Source: a candidate division WOR-3 bacterium (GTDB lineage Bacteria > Hydrothermota > Tepidihabitantia > SM23-42 > JAOAFX01). From it: DNA of 63,129 nt. Below, piece by piece: positions 21,741 through 31,528 of this stretch. Each line of letters begins with the position of its first letter. Positions within the stretch are counted from its first letter, which is position 1. Both the position numbers and the translations under genes were made by a program. Under the pieces are notes generated by a model. It was not told where the DNA came from and searched no databases. It saw only the letters and a list, made by a program, of their open reading frames with translations. The DNA lies in the NCBI GenBank assembly GCA_965649105.1, contig CBFGJP010000003.1, positions 1 to 63,129 on the forward strand. Direction: 5' to 3'.

Positions 21741-22600
21741 AATATTTTATTTTCCTTTAATAAATTTGTTGGATTAACCTTGTTATATTCAAGACCCCAT
21801 ACTTCAATTGGTAAACCAAAAGCCATCGCCATTATCTGACTGAAATAGAAAACCGGAATAAACTGATGGTCAGAATGTATTTTAGCAATTTTTGATTGGA
21901 AATTATCAAGATTATAATGGCAGACAGGACAGGAAGTAATGATTGCTTCAGCTCCTCTTTCCCGGGCATTCTTTAAAATTTTATAAGATGCCTCAAGTGC
22001 TGCTTCAGGAGAATTAACAATAAGGTATGAACCGCAACATTCAACTTTCAACGGAAAATTAATCGGTTGAGCACCCATTAACTGCACAAATTCTTCCATA
22101 ATCGTCGGTGATTCAGGATCATCAAAACCTATTTCATCATTTGGCCGCAGGAGGTAACACCCATAATAACAACCCAGTTTTAGATTTCCCAGACTCTTTT
22201 TCACACCACTTTTGAACTCCTCTTTGTGTTCTCTGATAAATTCAAACGGATGGATTATTTTTTCTTCACCATTGTACTCTTCACCCAGGTGCTCATTGAT
22301 AATCTCCATAGTCTCCGGGTCATTTCTGAAAATATAGTTCGCCCTTTTCAGGGTGTTGTAGCAAATAGAGCAAGGCACGAGCAGTGCACCATTTTCTTTT
22401 TGCGCCTTTGCCAGAATTCTTAATGGAGCAATCAGAGACATTTTATTATCACGGGCCAGTGTAAATGTAGTACCACAGCAATACCAGTTTGTCAGTTCTT
22501 TCAATTCTATATTTACAGCGTTGAACACTGCTTTAATAGAATTGTTAAAAACCTTTGCCTTTGTATACAAATCGCAACCAGGATAATATGATACTTGCAT
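21737..22600 (-). CDS. hdrB: Heterodisulfide reductase subunit B-like (CCG-domain) protein
   Basis: YYPGC, WYCCG, CSIC, YYGC, ECCG, SCPVC. Confidence 0.88.
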   Translation of the reverse strand: MQVSYYPGCDLYTKAKVFNNSIKAVFNAVNIELKELTNWYCCGTTFTLARDNKMSLIAPLRILAKAQKENGALLVPCSICYNTLKRANYIFRNDPETMEIINEHLGEEYNGEEKIIHPFEFIREHKEEFKSGVKKSLGNLKLGCYYGCYLLRPNDEIGFDDPESPTIMEEFVQLMGAQPINFPLKVECCGSYLIVNSPEAALEASYKILKNARERGAEAIITSCPVCHYNLDNFQSKIAKIHSDHQFIPVFYFSQIMAMAFGLPIEVWGLEYNKVNPTNLLKENKIL

Positions 22601-22602
22601 AA

Positions 22603-22998
22603 TCAGTAGGAATATTTATATAAAGCGCTCATCAATACCAAAGGATGAGCATCTTTTAATAACTCTTTATCAATCTTATCAACATCAATCAGTTGTTCTT
22701 TGACACGCAGATGAATTGTTCGCACCGCCTCCATTATGCGTGGTATGTCAACACCCCGAGGGCATCTTGATTCACACACCAAACAGGCAGCACAGAACCA
22801 GGGACTTTGTGCCTTCAAAACATCATCTTTATAGCCGAGTTGAATGTATCGTATTATGCGGTTGGGTGGTTCATCCATAAATTCGGCAAATGGACAGCCG
22901 GCTGTGCATCGACCGCACTGATAACAATCAGCAATATTCTGCTGACTTATTTCTTGTACTTTAGCAATAAAATCTTTATCTCTTGCAAGCTTTCTCAT
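22603..22998 (-). CDS. hdrC: Heterodisulfide reductase subunit C-like 2x[4Fe-4S] protein
   Basis: CYQCGRCTAGCP and CAACLVCESRCP. Confidence 0.88.
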   Translation of the reverse strand: MRKLARDKDFIAKVQEISQQNIADCYQCGRCTAGCPFAEFMDEPPNRIIRYIQLGYKDDVLKAQSPWFCAACLVCESRCPRGVDIPRIMEAVRTIHLRVKEQLIDVDKIDKELLKDAHPLVLMSALYKYSY

Positions 22999-23006
22999 AA
23001 TGTATG

Positions 23007-23034
23007 ATTATATTTAAAAATACCCTGATGTCAA
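23007..23034 (-). promoter_or_regulatory. Sigma70-like promoter, near-leaderless hdrC
   Basis: TTGACA-N16-TATAAT-N8-ATG. Confidence 0.85.
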
Positions 23035-24164
23035 GGGGTTTTGATCAAATGTGAAAAACTTTTCAGACAGAAAAAAAGCAGGTCCGAATGAAAATCAAAT
23101 TTTATTTTAGGAATCAATAAATCAACCCAAAAACGATTGTGTTTTACAAAGGTAAACAGACGCTCAATTGTGCGGTCACTTAATTTTGAAGCAACCTTCC
23201 GGACTCTTTTGCCAATCTCAATTTCCGGTGATAATGCAGAACGCCAGGCAATATCATATCCATAGATTGATCCACCATTCTTTAAAGACCTCGTAATATA
23301 ATCCACCGCTATGTCCGCACAAAAAAGTCCCATAAAAATACCACCCCCGGTCGTTGTCTTGACCTGACCGGCGGCCTCACCAACCACGAGTATCCTCTCC
23401 CAAACACTCTTTTTAATCGGGGCATACACAATCGGTTTTATGCCTACACTATTCTGGTTTAAAATACTATGGTCAAACATCAGTCTGTTTTTTAAAAATC
23501 TCTTTAAATAGATATTGCCGTTTCTTTCGATTATCATACCAATGCGTACCATATTTTTATTAACCGGCACAACCCAGGCAAAGGAACCAGGAACATATTT
23601 CTGGCTCAGATATATTTCAATGTTATGTGGGTTAACTTTTTTGGGTAGTTCTATCTGTGAACCGTAAAGGAATTGCGTTGGTGTACCAAGACCAATTTTT
23701 TTCTGCAATTGATATTTTATGCCGGTTGCAATAATCACAAATCTGCAGAAAAAACTATTACCATCCGCATTTATTTTGTAATACCTGCGGTCTTTTTCTA
23801 TCCTGTTCACTTTTATGCCAAGATTAAAATCCACACCTTCCCTTTGGGCAAGTTCTGCAAGTCGCTGGTCAAATAATTGCCTGTCAACAACATAGGCAAC
23901 CGGTTTAGATGCAATATATTCCAGTCTCTGATCTTCTGGTGAAACAAAGGTGAAAGAACTAATCTCGGTAAGAATAGAATCGGTAGGTAGGTCAAATTTT
24001 TTAAAAGATTCGGTGCTGATAACACCGGTGCAGATCACACCATGCCCGATCTTTTTCTTCTGCTCAAAGACACATACTTTTAATCCATGTTTAGAAAGTC
24101 TTTTTGCAGTATAAGAGCCTACAGGTCCTCCCCCGATCACTATTACATCATATAGATGTTTCAT
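23031..24164 (-). CDS. Geranylgeranyl reductase-family FAD oxidoreductase
   Basis: YDVIVIGGGPVG, CTG, DRQLFD, FAWVVP, GEAAGQVKTTTGGGI; start re-called at ATG 24164. Confidence 0.88.
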   Translation of the reverse strand: MKHLYDVIVIGGGPVGSYTAKRLSKHGLKVCVFEQKKKIGHGVICTGVISTESFKKFDLPTDSILTEISSFTFVSPEDQRLEYIASKPVAYVVDRQLFDQRLAELAQREGVDFNLGIKVNRIEKDRRYYKINADGNSFFCRFVIIATGIKYQLQKKIGLGTPTQFLYGSQIELPKKVNPHNIEIYLSQKYVPGSFAWVVPVNKNMVRIGMIIERNGNIYLKRFLKNRLMFDHSILNQNSVGIKPIVYAPIKKSVWERILVVGEAAGQVKTTTGGGIFMGLFCADIAVDYITRSLKNGGSIYGYDIAWRSALSPEIEIGKRVRKVASKLSDRTIERLFTFVKHNRFWVDLLIPKIKFDFHSDLLFFCLKSFSHLIKTP

Positions 24165-24173
24165 ACTGATTAG

Positions 24174-24201
24174 ATTATACACGATATCTCGTTAAAGTCA
24201 A
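24174..24201 (-). promoter_or_regulatory. Sigma70-like promoter, near-leaderless reductase gene
   Basis: TTGACT-N16-TATAAT-N9-ATG. Confidence 0.8.
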
Positions 24202-24275
24202 GGCATCGGTTTAAATCAAAAATAATCTTCGCCCTCACAAAGTAATTGTTTGATTACTGGACTGGAAAGAATTAA

Positions 24276-25268
24276 TTAAATGGAAATCTGGTCCAGTGTT
24301 TCACGGGCAATTGCATCAACATTGACATCCGAAGGTCCAAATTTTTTGTATCTCTTCTTACCTGCCAGTGCAATCATCGCCCCGTTATCGGTACAAAATT
24401 GAGCTGCCGGAAGATATAATTCAAAACCCATTAATGCCGAAAGTTCTAAAAATTTTTCTCTGAGTATTTTATTGACGGAAACGCCACCAACAATTCCAAA
24501 ATATTTAACTTTCGTATATTCTATTGCACGTTTTGAAACCTGAAGCAAATGTTCTAATGCGGACTCCTGAAAACAAGCGGCAACATCGTTTTTGTTATAT
24601 CTTTTGTTATCACGGATATAATACAAAACCGCCGTCTTTAATCCGGCATAGCTAAAATTAAAACCCCCGGGTTGGGGAACGGGGAATTTAATTTTTGCGG
24701 GATTGCCATATCGTGCTGCCTGTTCAATATAAGGACCTCCTGGATATGGCAAACCGATCATCTTTGCCACTTTATCAAATGCCTCACCACAGGCATCATC
24801 AAGGGTCCTGCCCAGGGTTTTATATCGGAACTCCTGTTCAACGAAAATGAGTTCAGTATGTCCCCCTGAAACGAGCAATACCAGATAAGGGCACCGGGGC
24901 ACCTTTTTATTGAAAAACAAACCATAAATGTGTCCTTCAAGATGATTGACACCAATAAATGGACGCTTCAAACCAATTGCCAGAGATTTTGCAAAAGCAA
25001 GCCCAGTCAACAGTGCACCCAATAAACCTGGACCCCGGGTTGCCGAGACTAAAGAGACCTCATTCAAACCAATCCCTGCAGTCTCAAACGCAATTTTGAT
25101 CAATGGCAATAATACTTTGATATGATTCCGCGCGGCGAGTTCAGGCACAACACCACCGTATTTTGTATGGGCAACCTGGGATGATACGATATTTGCGAGA
25201 ACTTTATTTTCTCTTATGATACCAATTGAAGTTTCGTCACAGGATGTTTCGATACCGAGGGTAATCAT
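24276..25268 (-). CDS. tsaD: tRNA t6A biosynthesis protein TsaD
   Basis: GIETSCDET, GGVVPELAARNH, HLEGH, SGGHT, GEAFDK, DNGAMIA. Confidence 0.97.
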   Translation of the reverse strand: MITLGIETSCDETSIGIIRENKVLANIVSSQVAHTKYGGVVPELAARNHIKVLLPLIKIAFETAGIGLNEVSLVSATRGPGLLGALLTGLAFAKSLAIGLKRPFIGVNHLEGHIYGLFFNKKVPRCPYLVLLVSGGHTELIFVEQEFRYKTLGRTLDDACGEAFDKVAKMIGLPYPGGPYIEQAARYGNPAKIKFPVPQPGGFNFSYAGLKTAVLYYIRDNKRYNKNDVAACFQESALEHLLQVSKRAIEYTKVKYFGIVGGVSVNKILREKFLELSALMGFELYLPAAQFCTDNGAMIALAGKKRYKKFGPSDVNVDAIARETLDQISI

Positions 25269-25324
25269 TTTACGCCGTCCATTTTAAAATGGACTTTATG
25301 CATTCAATAAGTCAGTAAAAATTG

Positions 25325-25921
25325 CTATTTTTTCTTTTTGCCTTTTTTCTGTTTCTTTTCTTTTTTCTCTTTCTTGGCAAGCTGTTTTTTCTCTTTTTTG
25401 GTCTTTTTTTCTACCTTAGGTTTTGCCTCTTTTTTCGGCAATTCCTTTTCCTTTTTTTCTTCCTTCTTCGGTTTTTCCCTCTTCGGTTTCTCTACCTTCT
25501 TCTCTTTTTCAGGTAACCAGCGATGTTCGATCAATTTTCTACGCTGGTCAATTTTGCCTGGATCGCTTTTTTCAACCAATTCTAATATTGCCATCTCAGC
25601 ACCATCGCCGAGTCGCGGACCAAGCCGGTAGATCCGTGTATATCCACCCTGCCGATTGGCAAATTTTGGTGCAATCTCTTCGCAGACAATTTTTACCAGT
25701 TTATGGTCAGGAATGAAACGATAAATAAATCTTTTTGCCCCAACCGTATTTTTTTTGGCATACTCAATCAGATGTTCTGCCAGTCGTCTTGCCTCCTTTG
25801 CCTTGGGCAGTGTGGTTTTGATCTTTTCAAAAATAAACAGGGCACGACACAGATTCCTTAAAAGCGCCAAACGATGCGCCTTTTTCCTACCCAATTTTTT
25901 TATCTTTTTTCCATGCCTCAT
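25325..25921 (-). CDS. rplQ: 50S ribosomal protein L17 with long Lys/Glu-rich tail
   Basis: MRHG...LGR, TTLPKAKE, RQGGYTRI, RLGDGA. Confidence 0.97.
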   Translation of the reverse strand: MRHGKKIKKLGRKKAHRLALLRNLCRALFIFEKIKTTLPKAKEARRLAEHLIEYAKKNTVGAKRFIYRFIPDHKLVKIVCEEIAPKFANRQGGYTRIYRLGPRLGDGAEMAILELVEKSDPGKIDQRRKLIEHRWLPEKEKKVEKPKREKPKKEEKKEKELPKKEAKPKVEKKTKKEKKQLAKKEKKEKKQKKGKKKK

Positions 25922-25942
25922 TTCAACTCCGTATTTCGATTA

Positions 25943-27019
25943 CTATACATCTTCCTTCAAATACCGATCAACATCCATTTCAAGATGTAAACCCATATTG
26001 TGCAGTATCTTCTCTAATTCTTTGAGAGATTTCCTTCCGAAATTATCGTAAGTCAGCAATTCTTTACCGCTTTTACGAACAAGGTCGCCAATCGTCTTAA
26101 TATTCTTATTTTTCAGACAATTTGAAGTGCGGACTGAGATTTCCAGTTCGTCAATATCCCGTTTCAAAATTTCCCTTATCCTCCTATGCTCTGCATCAAG
26201 TTGTTCGCGGGATGTCAAAAGGGGTTCAATATACAACTGGAGTCCCCTCTTATTGATAGTATTTCTTATCTCGTCAATCATCTTTTGTGTTGCATCATCA
26301 AGGAGCAAAGTCGGCTGTCTTTCACCAATGTCAACAAAAAATTTAAAATGATGTCTGAGAATACTTGCTGCCTCAGAAACACACTCAATCGGTGTTTTGG
26401 TGCCATCGGTCTTGACCTCAAGAACGAGATGGTCATAATCAGTCTTGGTCCCCACTCTGGTATTACGAACATCAAAATCTACGGATAAGACCGGGGAGAA
26501 TATTGCGTCAATATAAATTGTCCCTACAGGCACATCTGGTTTTTTCAATAATTCAGCGGGAACAAAGCCTCTGCCTACTTCCACCTTCATTTCAACGGTA
26601 AAATTCACCTTTGCATCCGTCACTGTTAAAATTTTCTGTTTGGGATTGACTATGATGACAAGTGGATTTTTTTCAATATCCTCGGCAAAATACTCTTTCT
26701 TACCCTTCACCTTCAAAACAAGTGTTGTAGGTTCGCTTCCGAGCAATTTGACACGAATCTTCTTTAGATTTAAAATTATTTCCACAACATCTTCATATAC
26801 ACCAGGGATAGTTGAAAATTCTTGTGTAACATTTGATATCCGGATGTTAGTAATCGCTGCCCCCTGTATTGAAGATAAAAGCACACGACGCATTGCATTC
26901 CCCAGTGTAATACCATATCCCCTTTCGAGGGGCGATATTGTAAACCTTGTAAAGACATCGGATGCTGTTTCTTTATCAATTTCAATGCCCTTGGGCATCA
27001 CAATTGGTTTTAATGCCAT
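25943..27019 (-). CDS. rpoA: RNA polymerase alpha subunit with extended linker
   Basis: PLERGYGITLGNAMRRVLLSS, IDAIFSPV, DELEISVRTSNCL, NFGRKSL. Confidence 0.98.
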   Translation of the reverse strand: MALKPIVMPKGIEIDKETASDVFTRFTISPLERGYGITLGNAMRRVLLSSIQGAAITNIRISNVTQEFSTIPGVYEDVVEIILNLKKIRVKLLGSEPTTLVLKVKGKKEYFAEDIEKNPLVIIVNPKQKILTVTDAKVNFTVEMKVEVGRGFVPAELLKKPDVPVGTIYIDAIFSPVLSVDFDVRNTRVGTKTDYDHLVLEVKTDGTKTPIECVSEAASILRHHFKFFVDIGERQPTLLLDDATQKMIDEIRNTINKRGLQLYIEPLLTSREQLDAEHRRIREILKRDIDELEISVRTSNCLKNKNIKTIGDLVRKSGKELLTYDNFGRKSLKELEKILHNMGLHLEMDVDRYLKEDV

Positions 27020-27027
27020 ATTACTCC

Positions 27028-27657
27028 TTATTTAGAATACAATTCAACAATTAGGTTTTCTTGCAAAGGAATTGTAATATCATCCCTTTTTGGTAATCTG
27101 AGAATCGTCCCGGTCATATTCTCTTTATCCAGTTTTAACCAGCCTGTTATTTTCTCTGGGTCTCTTTCTTCTAATGCCCTTTTAACGAATGGATTCTTAC
27201 GCATTTGGTCGCTCAAAGAAATCACCTGGTTGGGCTTCACAAGATAACTTGGAATATCAACCCTTTTTCCGTCAATCAAAATATGACCATGTCTCACAAG
27301 TTGTCGGGCTTGAGTCCTCGAAGAAGCAAAGCCCAGCTGGTATATCACATTATCCAACCTTCTTTCCAGCAGGATCAAAAGATTTTCACCGGTAGCACCT
27401 GGCATTCTAACCGCTTCCTGGAAAAATCTTCTGAATTGTGCTTCCAGTATCCCATAAATTGCCTTGACCTTTTGTTTTTCCCTTAATTGTGTAGCATAGG
27501 AAGTCAATTTCCTTCTTCCCCCTTTTCCATGCTGTCCTGGTGGATAGCCCCTTCTCGTAAATGAGCATTTGTCAGTATAACATCTACTTCCTCTCAAAAA
27601 TAACTTTTCACCTTCACGTCTGCAGATTTTGCATTTCGCGCCAATATATCTCGCCAC
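27028..27657 (-). CDS. rpsD: 30S ribosomal protein S4
   Basis: MARY.G..CKICRREG, PGQHG, LERRLDN. Confidence 0.98.
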   Translation of the reverse strand: MARYIGAKCKICRREGEKLFLRGSRCYTDKCSFTRRGYPPGQHGKGGRRKLTSYATQLREKQKVKAIYGILEAQFRRFFQEAVRMPGATGENLLILLERRLDNVIYQLGFASSRTQARQLVRHGHILIDGKRVDIPSYLVKPNQVISLSDQMRKNPFVKRALEERDPEKITGWLKLDKENMTGTILRLPKRDDITIPLQENLIVELYSK

Positions 27658-28044
27658 TTATACCCTCCTTCTCCGTGGTGGACGGCAGCCATTATGAGGT
27701 AATGGCGTTACATCCTTGATCGCGGTTATTGTCAAACCTACGGTCTGTAAGGTTCGCACCGCGGCTTCACGACCCGGTCCAGGACCTTTGATCCGCACTT
27801 CAACCTTTTTTATGCCCATTGCCAGCGCATCCTTCGCCACGGCAGTCGCGCATTGCTGGGCAGCATAAGCAGTTCCTTTCTTCGTTCCTTTGAAACCAAC
27901 CCTTCCTGCACTTGACCAGCAGAGCGTATTACCCTGATTATCACATATCGTGACAATTGTATTATTGAAACTGGCAAAGATATTAGCAATACCTGTTAAC
28001 TCTGCCTTTTGTGTCTTCTTTTTTCTTACTGTTTTCTTTTTCAT
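27658..28044 (-). CDS. rpsK: 30S ribosomal protein S11
   Basis: [27 protein letters not shown]. Confidence 0.98.
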   Translation of the reverse strand: MKKKTVRKKKTQKAELTGIANIFASFNNTIVTICDNQGNTLCWSSAGRVGFKGTKKGTAYAAQQCATAVAKDALAMGIKKVEVRIKGPGPGREAAVRTLQTVGLTITAIKDVTPLPHNGCRPPRRRRV

Positions 28045-28424
28045 TTCTTCTCTCCTACACCCTTGCTAACCGCAACCGTCTTTCTCTTACCCTTACGCGT
28101 TCGGGCATTTGTGCGTGTCCTTTGTCCTCGGACAGGAAGTCCAATTTTATGTCGGATTCCCCGATAACATCCAATATCAATAAGCCGTTTTATGTTGGCA
28201 GCAACATCCGCCCTTAATGCACCCTCAACTTTATATTCAGATTCAATCATCTTTCTTATCTTTGTAACTTCTTCCTCGGTAAGATCTTTAATCTTTTTTG
28301 ACCGGTCGATACCACACTGCAGAATAATCTGCTGGGCAGTTGGGAGGCCTACCCCATATATCGCGGTCAGACCATATTCAACTTTTTTATTCAATGGCAA
28401 ATCAACACCAGCAATCCTCGGCAT
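28041..28424 (-). CDS. rpsM: 30S ribosomal protein S13
   Basis: [26 protein letters not shown]. Confidence 0.98.
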   Translation of the reverse strand: MPRIAGVDLPLNKKVEYGLTAIYGVGLPTAQQIILQCGIDRSKKIKDLTEEEVTKIRKMIESEYKVEGALRADVAANIKRLIDIGCYRGIRHKIGLPVRGQRTRTNARTRKGKRKTVAVSKGVGEKK

Positions 28425-28442
28425 AAACCTCCTTAGCTAAAA

Positions 28443-28556
28443 TTAACCCTGTCTCTGTTTGTGCCGGGGGTCTTTACAGATAATCCTGACCACGCCTTTC
28501 CTTTTTATGACCCGACACTTTATGCATCTTTTCTTAATTGATGATTTTACCTTCAA
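28443..28556 (-). CDS. rpmJ: 50S ribosomal protein L36 (not in the ORF track)
   Basis: Manual translation [37 protein letters not shown]; TTG start after AAGGAG. Confidence 0.97.
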   Translation of the reverse strand: MKVKSSIKKRCIKCRVIKRKGVVRIICKDPRHKQRQG

Positions 28557-28575
28557 TTTTTCTCCTTAAACTTAT

Positions 28576-28603
28576 AGTTTACCAAATTTTTAAAAAAAGT
28601 CAA
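28576..28603 (-). promoter_or_regulatory. Sigma70-like promoter of the rpmJ-alpha operon
   Basis: TTGACT-N16-TAAACT. Confidence 0.75.
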
Positions 28604-28611
28604 GTTTTTTA

Positions 28612-28830
28612 TCACTTGTAACGCCAAACAATCCTGCCCCGGGAAAGGTCGTAGGGCGATAACTCAAGCAAAACTCGATCTCCGGGAAGAATCTTTATGT
28701 AACTCATCCTCATCTTACCTGAAACATGTGCCAGCACCTTATGTCCATTATCAAGTTCAACCCGGAACATCGCATTCGGCAATGTTTCAATAATCGTTCC
28801 CTCGGTCTGAATCAAATCTTTCCTTGCCAT
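28612..28830 (-). CDS. infA: Translation initiation factor IF-1
   Basis: [30 protein letters not shown]. Confidence 0.98.
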   Translation of the reverse strand: MARKDLIQTEGTIIETLPNAMFRVELDNGHKVLAHVSGKMRMSYIKILPGDRVLLELSPYDLSRGRIVWRYK

Positions 28831-28831
28831 T

Positions 28832-29587
28832 TCAGGTCTCCACTACCCTTGTTGCGTTTAAATTGCCCTTTTTTAAAAGTATAACCGTATCTTCAAAATG
28901 GCTTGATAAAGAGCCATCCCTTGTTGATATCGTCCAGCCATTACCTAAAGTCTTTACCTCAAATCTGCCCATATTAGTCATCGGCTCGATAGCCAATGCC
29001 ATTCCCGGAATAAGCTCGCAGTCCGGTCCACTTGCGACAAAATTCGGTATCATCGGTTCCTCATGAAGTCTCTTACCAACACCATGACCGGTAAGTTCTC
29101 TCACCACACTGTATCCATTACTTTCAACAAAGTCCTGTATCGCCTGTGATATATCAGAAACATAATTACCAGGCATTGCCTTTTCAATGCCCTTTTTCAA
29201 CGCTTCTTTTGTCAATCTGACAAATTTTAAAATATCTTCTGAAACCTTACCCGATATAAAAGTTTTTGCTGCATCGGCAATATATCCCCCATAAACCACA
29301 CCGATATCAATCTTTACGAGGTCCCCATCTTTGATCACCCGGTCATCAGGAATACCATGGACCACTTCATCATTCAAAGATATACAGGAACTCTTCGGGA
29401 ATCCACGGTAGTTCAAAAAGGCGGGATAACCATTATTTTCAATTATAAATTTATGAATCATATCATTCAATTCGTTCGTCTTCATCCCTCTTAAATCAAT
29501 CTTTTCAATCTTTTTAAAAATTTTGTTGATAATTTCCCCGGCAAGGATAACATTTTTTATCCCTTCTTCATTTAATATAGCCATCAA
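28832..29587 (-). CDS. map: Methionine aminopeptidase type I
   Basis: VVHGIP, DIG, GHGVG, AIEPM, HFEDT. Confidence 0.97.
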   Translation of the reverse strand: MMAILNEEGIKNVILAGEIINKIFKKIEKIDLRGMKTNELNDMIHKFIIENNGYPAFLNYRGFPKSSCISLNDEVVHGIPDDRVIKDGDLVKIDIGVVYGGYIADAAKTFISGKVSEDILKFVRLTKEALKKGIEKAMPGNYVSDISQAIQDFVESNGYSVVRELTGHGVGKRLHEEPMIPNFVASGPDCELIPGMALAIEPMTNMGRFEVKTLGNGWTISTRDGSLSSHFEDTVILLKKGNLNATRVVET

Positions 29588-30218
29588 TAACCTGGACTAT
29601 TTTCTTGTAAACATCTTCTTTTTTCCCTGACGCATCAATAGATACAAGAACACCCAGAGACTTGTAGTAATCACTCAGTGGTTTTGTCAACTCCTCGTAG
29701 ACCTTAAGTCGATTAGTTATGACTTCAAGAGTATCGTCCTTTCTTTTTTCAAGATGGGCGCTACATTCATCACAGGTATTAGGATTCCGCGGTGGATTGG
29801 TAACTTCATTATAAACCGCGCCACATTTGGGGCAGTATAAACGTCCCAAAATCCTATTTATCAATTCTTCTTTTGTAAGATGGAGTTCAATGGCAAGTGT
29901 AATCTTTCTGTTATGGCGTGCAAGAAGTTTTTCTAATTCAATTGCCTGGTTCAGATTTCTCGGGAATCCATCAAACAATATTCGATCATTCAAGTTTTCA
30001 ACAACAAAATCTTCTACTATTTCAAAGACGATATCGTCCGGGGCAAGAATTCCATTTTTTAGGCATTCTTCAACCTTCTTCCCTATCGGACTGCCCAGTG
30101 CGACCTCCTCTCGCAAAATATCACCCATTGAAAATTTTTTAAAATTGTATCTTTCGACAAGAAGGTCTGCCTGGGTTCCTTTTCCCACCCCTGGAGGTCC
30201 AAAGAGAAATACCATCAA
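29568..30218 (-). CDS. adk: Adenylate kinase
   Basis: GPPGVGKGTQ, DGFPRN, Zn LID CPKC...CDEC, RKDD. Confidence 0.97.
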   Translation of the reverse strand: MMVFLFGPPGVGKGTQADLLVERYNFKKFSMGDILREEVALGSPIGKKVEECLKNGILAPDDIVFEIVEDFVVENLNDRILFDGFPRNLNQAIELEKLLARHNRKITLAIELHLTKEELINRILGRLYCPKCGAVYNEVTNPPRNPNTCDECSAHLEKRKDDTLEVITNRLKVYEELTKPLSDYYKSLGVLVSIDASGKKEDVYKKIVQVIDGYIK

Positions 30219-31528
30219 CGACGTCCCTTTATCCTTCCCTTTTTCATAAAGCCTTCATAATGATACATCAGTAATTGCGATTCAATCTGTTGAACAGTGT
30301 CCAGCGCAACCCCAACAATAATGAGAAGCGTTGTTCCACCAAAATAAAATGGCACCTTGAGATAGTTTATCAAATACCACGGAACAAGGGCAATGAAACC
30401 CAAAAATAAAGCACCCGGTAAGGTGACGCGCGAAAGCACGCCATCCACATAATCGGCTGTCTTCTGACCGGGCCTTATGCCCGGAATAAAGCCTCCGTAT
30501 CGTTTCATATTCTCAGCGAGTTCGGTCGGATTGAATACAATTGAAGTATAAAAATAAGTAAAGAATACAATCAAAACAAAAAATATAATATCGTATGCCC
30601 AATGACCTGGCCTGAACATTTCCGCCAAATATTTTAAACTGGGAACATACGCTGCCACCGTGCTGGGGAATACCACCAGTGACTGGGCAAAAATAATGGG
30701 AATAACTCCGGCTGTATTTACCCGCAAGGGTAAGAATGTTGATTGTCCACCATACATTCTTCTTCCGATAACCCTTTTTGGATATTGCACCGGAATGCGC
30801 CGTGTCGCCTGGGTCATAACAATTACCGCAGCAACGATAAGAATCATTATTACAATAACAATAAGAAGATTAAAGATCGAAAGACCCTGGGTGGCAACGA
30901 GTTGCGCAGTCCGGAAAAAATATGTGGGATACTCTTCAAGACAGCCAATAAATATTAAAAATGAAATACCATTTCCGATCCCTTTTTCGGTAATTTGCTC
31001 ACCAATCCACATTGCAAATATTGCCCCGCAGGTTAGGGTCAAAACCGAAGATAGACGGAAAACCCATCCAGGTTCATACACAATTGGCACAACCCCCGAT
31101 GCAGTGGAAAATTTCTGCATCTCAAGATAAGCAGCAATGCCAAATGCCTGGAACGCTGCAAGACCAACCGTGAGATATCTCGTATATTGGGTTATCTTTC
31201 TTCGCCCTGCCTGATCCCTCTGCATTTTCTCGATCTGGGGAAAAACCGAACCCAACAACTGGAAGATAATTGAGGCTGAAATGTATGGCATTACACCCAA
31301 AAATAGTATTGCCGCCCTTGACAATGCACCCCCAACAAAGATATCGTACATTCCAAAGAGCGAACCCTGTTGTTTCAATTGCTGCATCAATAGCCCAAGC
31401 GCCTGAGCATTTATGCCCGGCAGTGGTATGTGGGCACCAAGCCGGTAGATTATCACCGCTCCAAGTGTAAATAGCAGTTTTTTCTTTAAATCAGGAACCT
31501 TGAAGATATTTTGGAATGTTGACATCAT
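30215..31528 (-). CDS. secY: Preprotein translocase SecY
   Basis: LGVMPYISASII, GIGNGIS, GVIPIIFA, GIRPG, FGGTTLLI. Confidence 0.98.
   Translation of the reverse strand: MMSTFQNIFKVPDLKKKLLFTLGAVIIYRLGAHIPLPGINAQALGLLMQQLKQQGSLFGMYDIFVGGALSRAAILFLGVMPYISASIIFQLLGSVFPQIEKMQRDQAGRRKITQYTRYLTVGLAAFQAFGIAAYLEMQKFSTASGVVPIVYEPGWVFRLSSVLTLTCGAIFAMWIGEQITEKGIGNGISFLIFIGCLEEYPTYFFRTAQLVATQGLSIFNLLIVIVIMILIVAAVIVMTQATRRIPVQYPKRVIGRRMYGGQSTFLPLRVNTAGVIPIIFAQSLVVFPSTVAAYVPSLKYLAEMFRPGHWAYDIIFFVLIVFFTYFYTSIVFNPTELAENMKRYGGFIPGIRPGQKTADYVDGVLSRVTLPGALFLGFIALVPWYLINYLKVPFYFGGTTLLIIVGVALDTVQQIESQLLMYHYEGFMKKGRIKGRR

Noticed and set aside
25322-25716. Phe/Leu/Ser-rich ORFs on the + strand
   Set aside because: Antisense read-out of the Lys/Glu-rich L17 tail.
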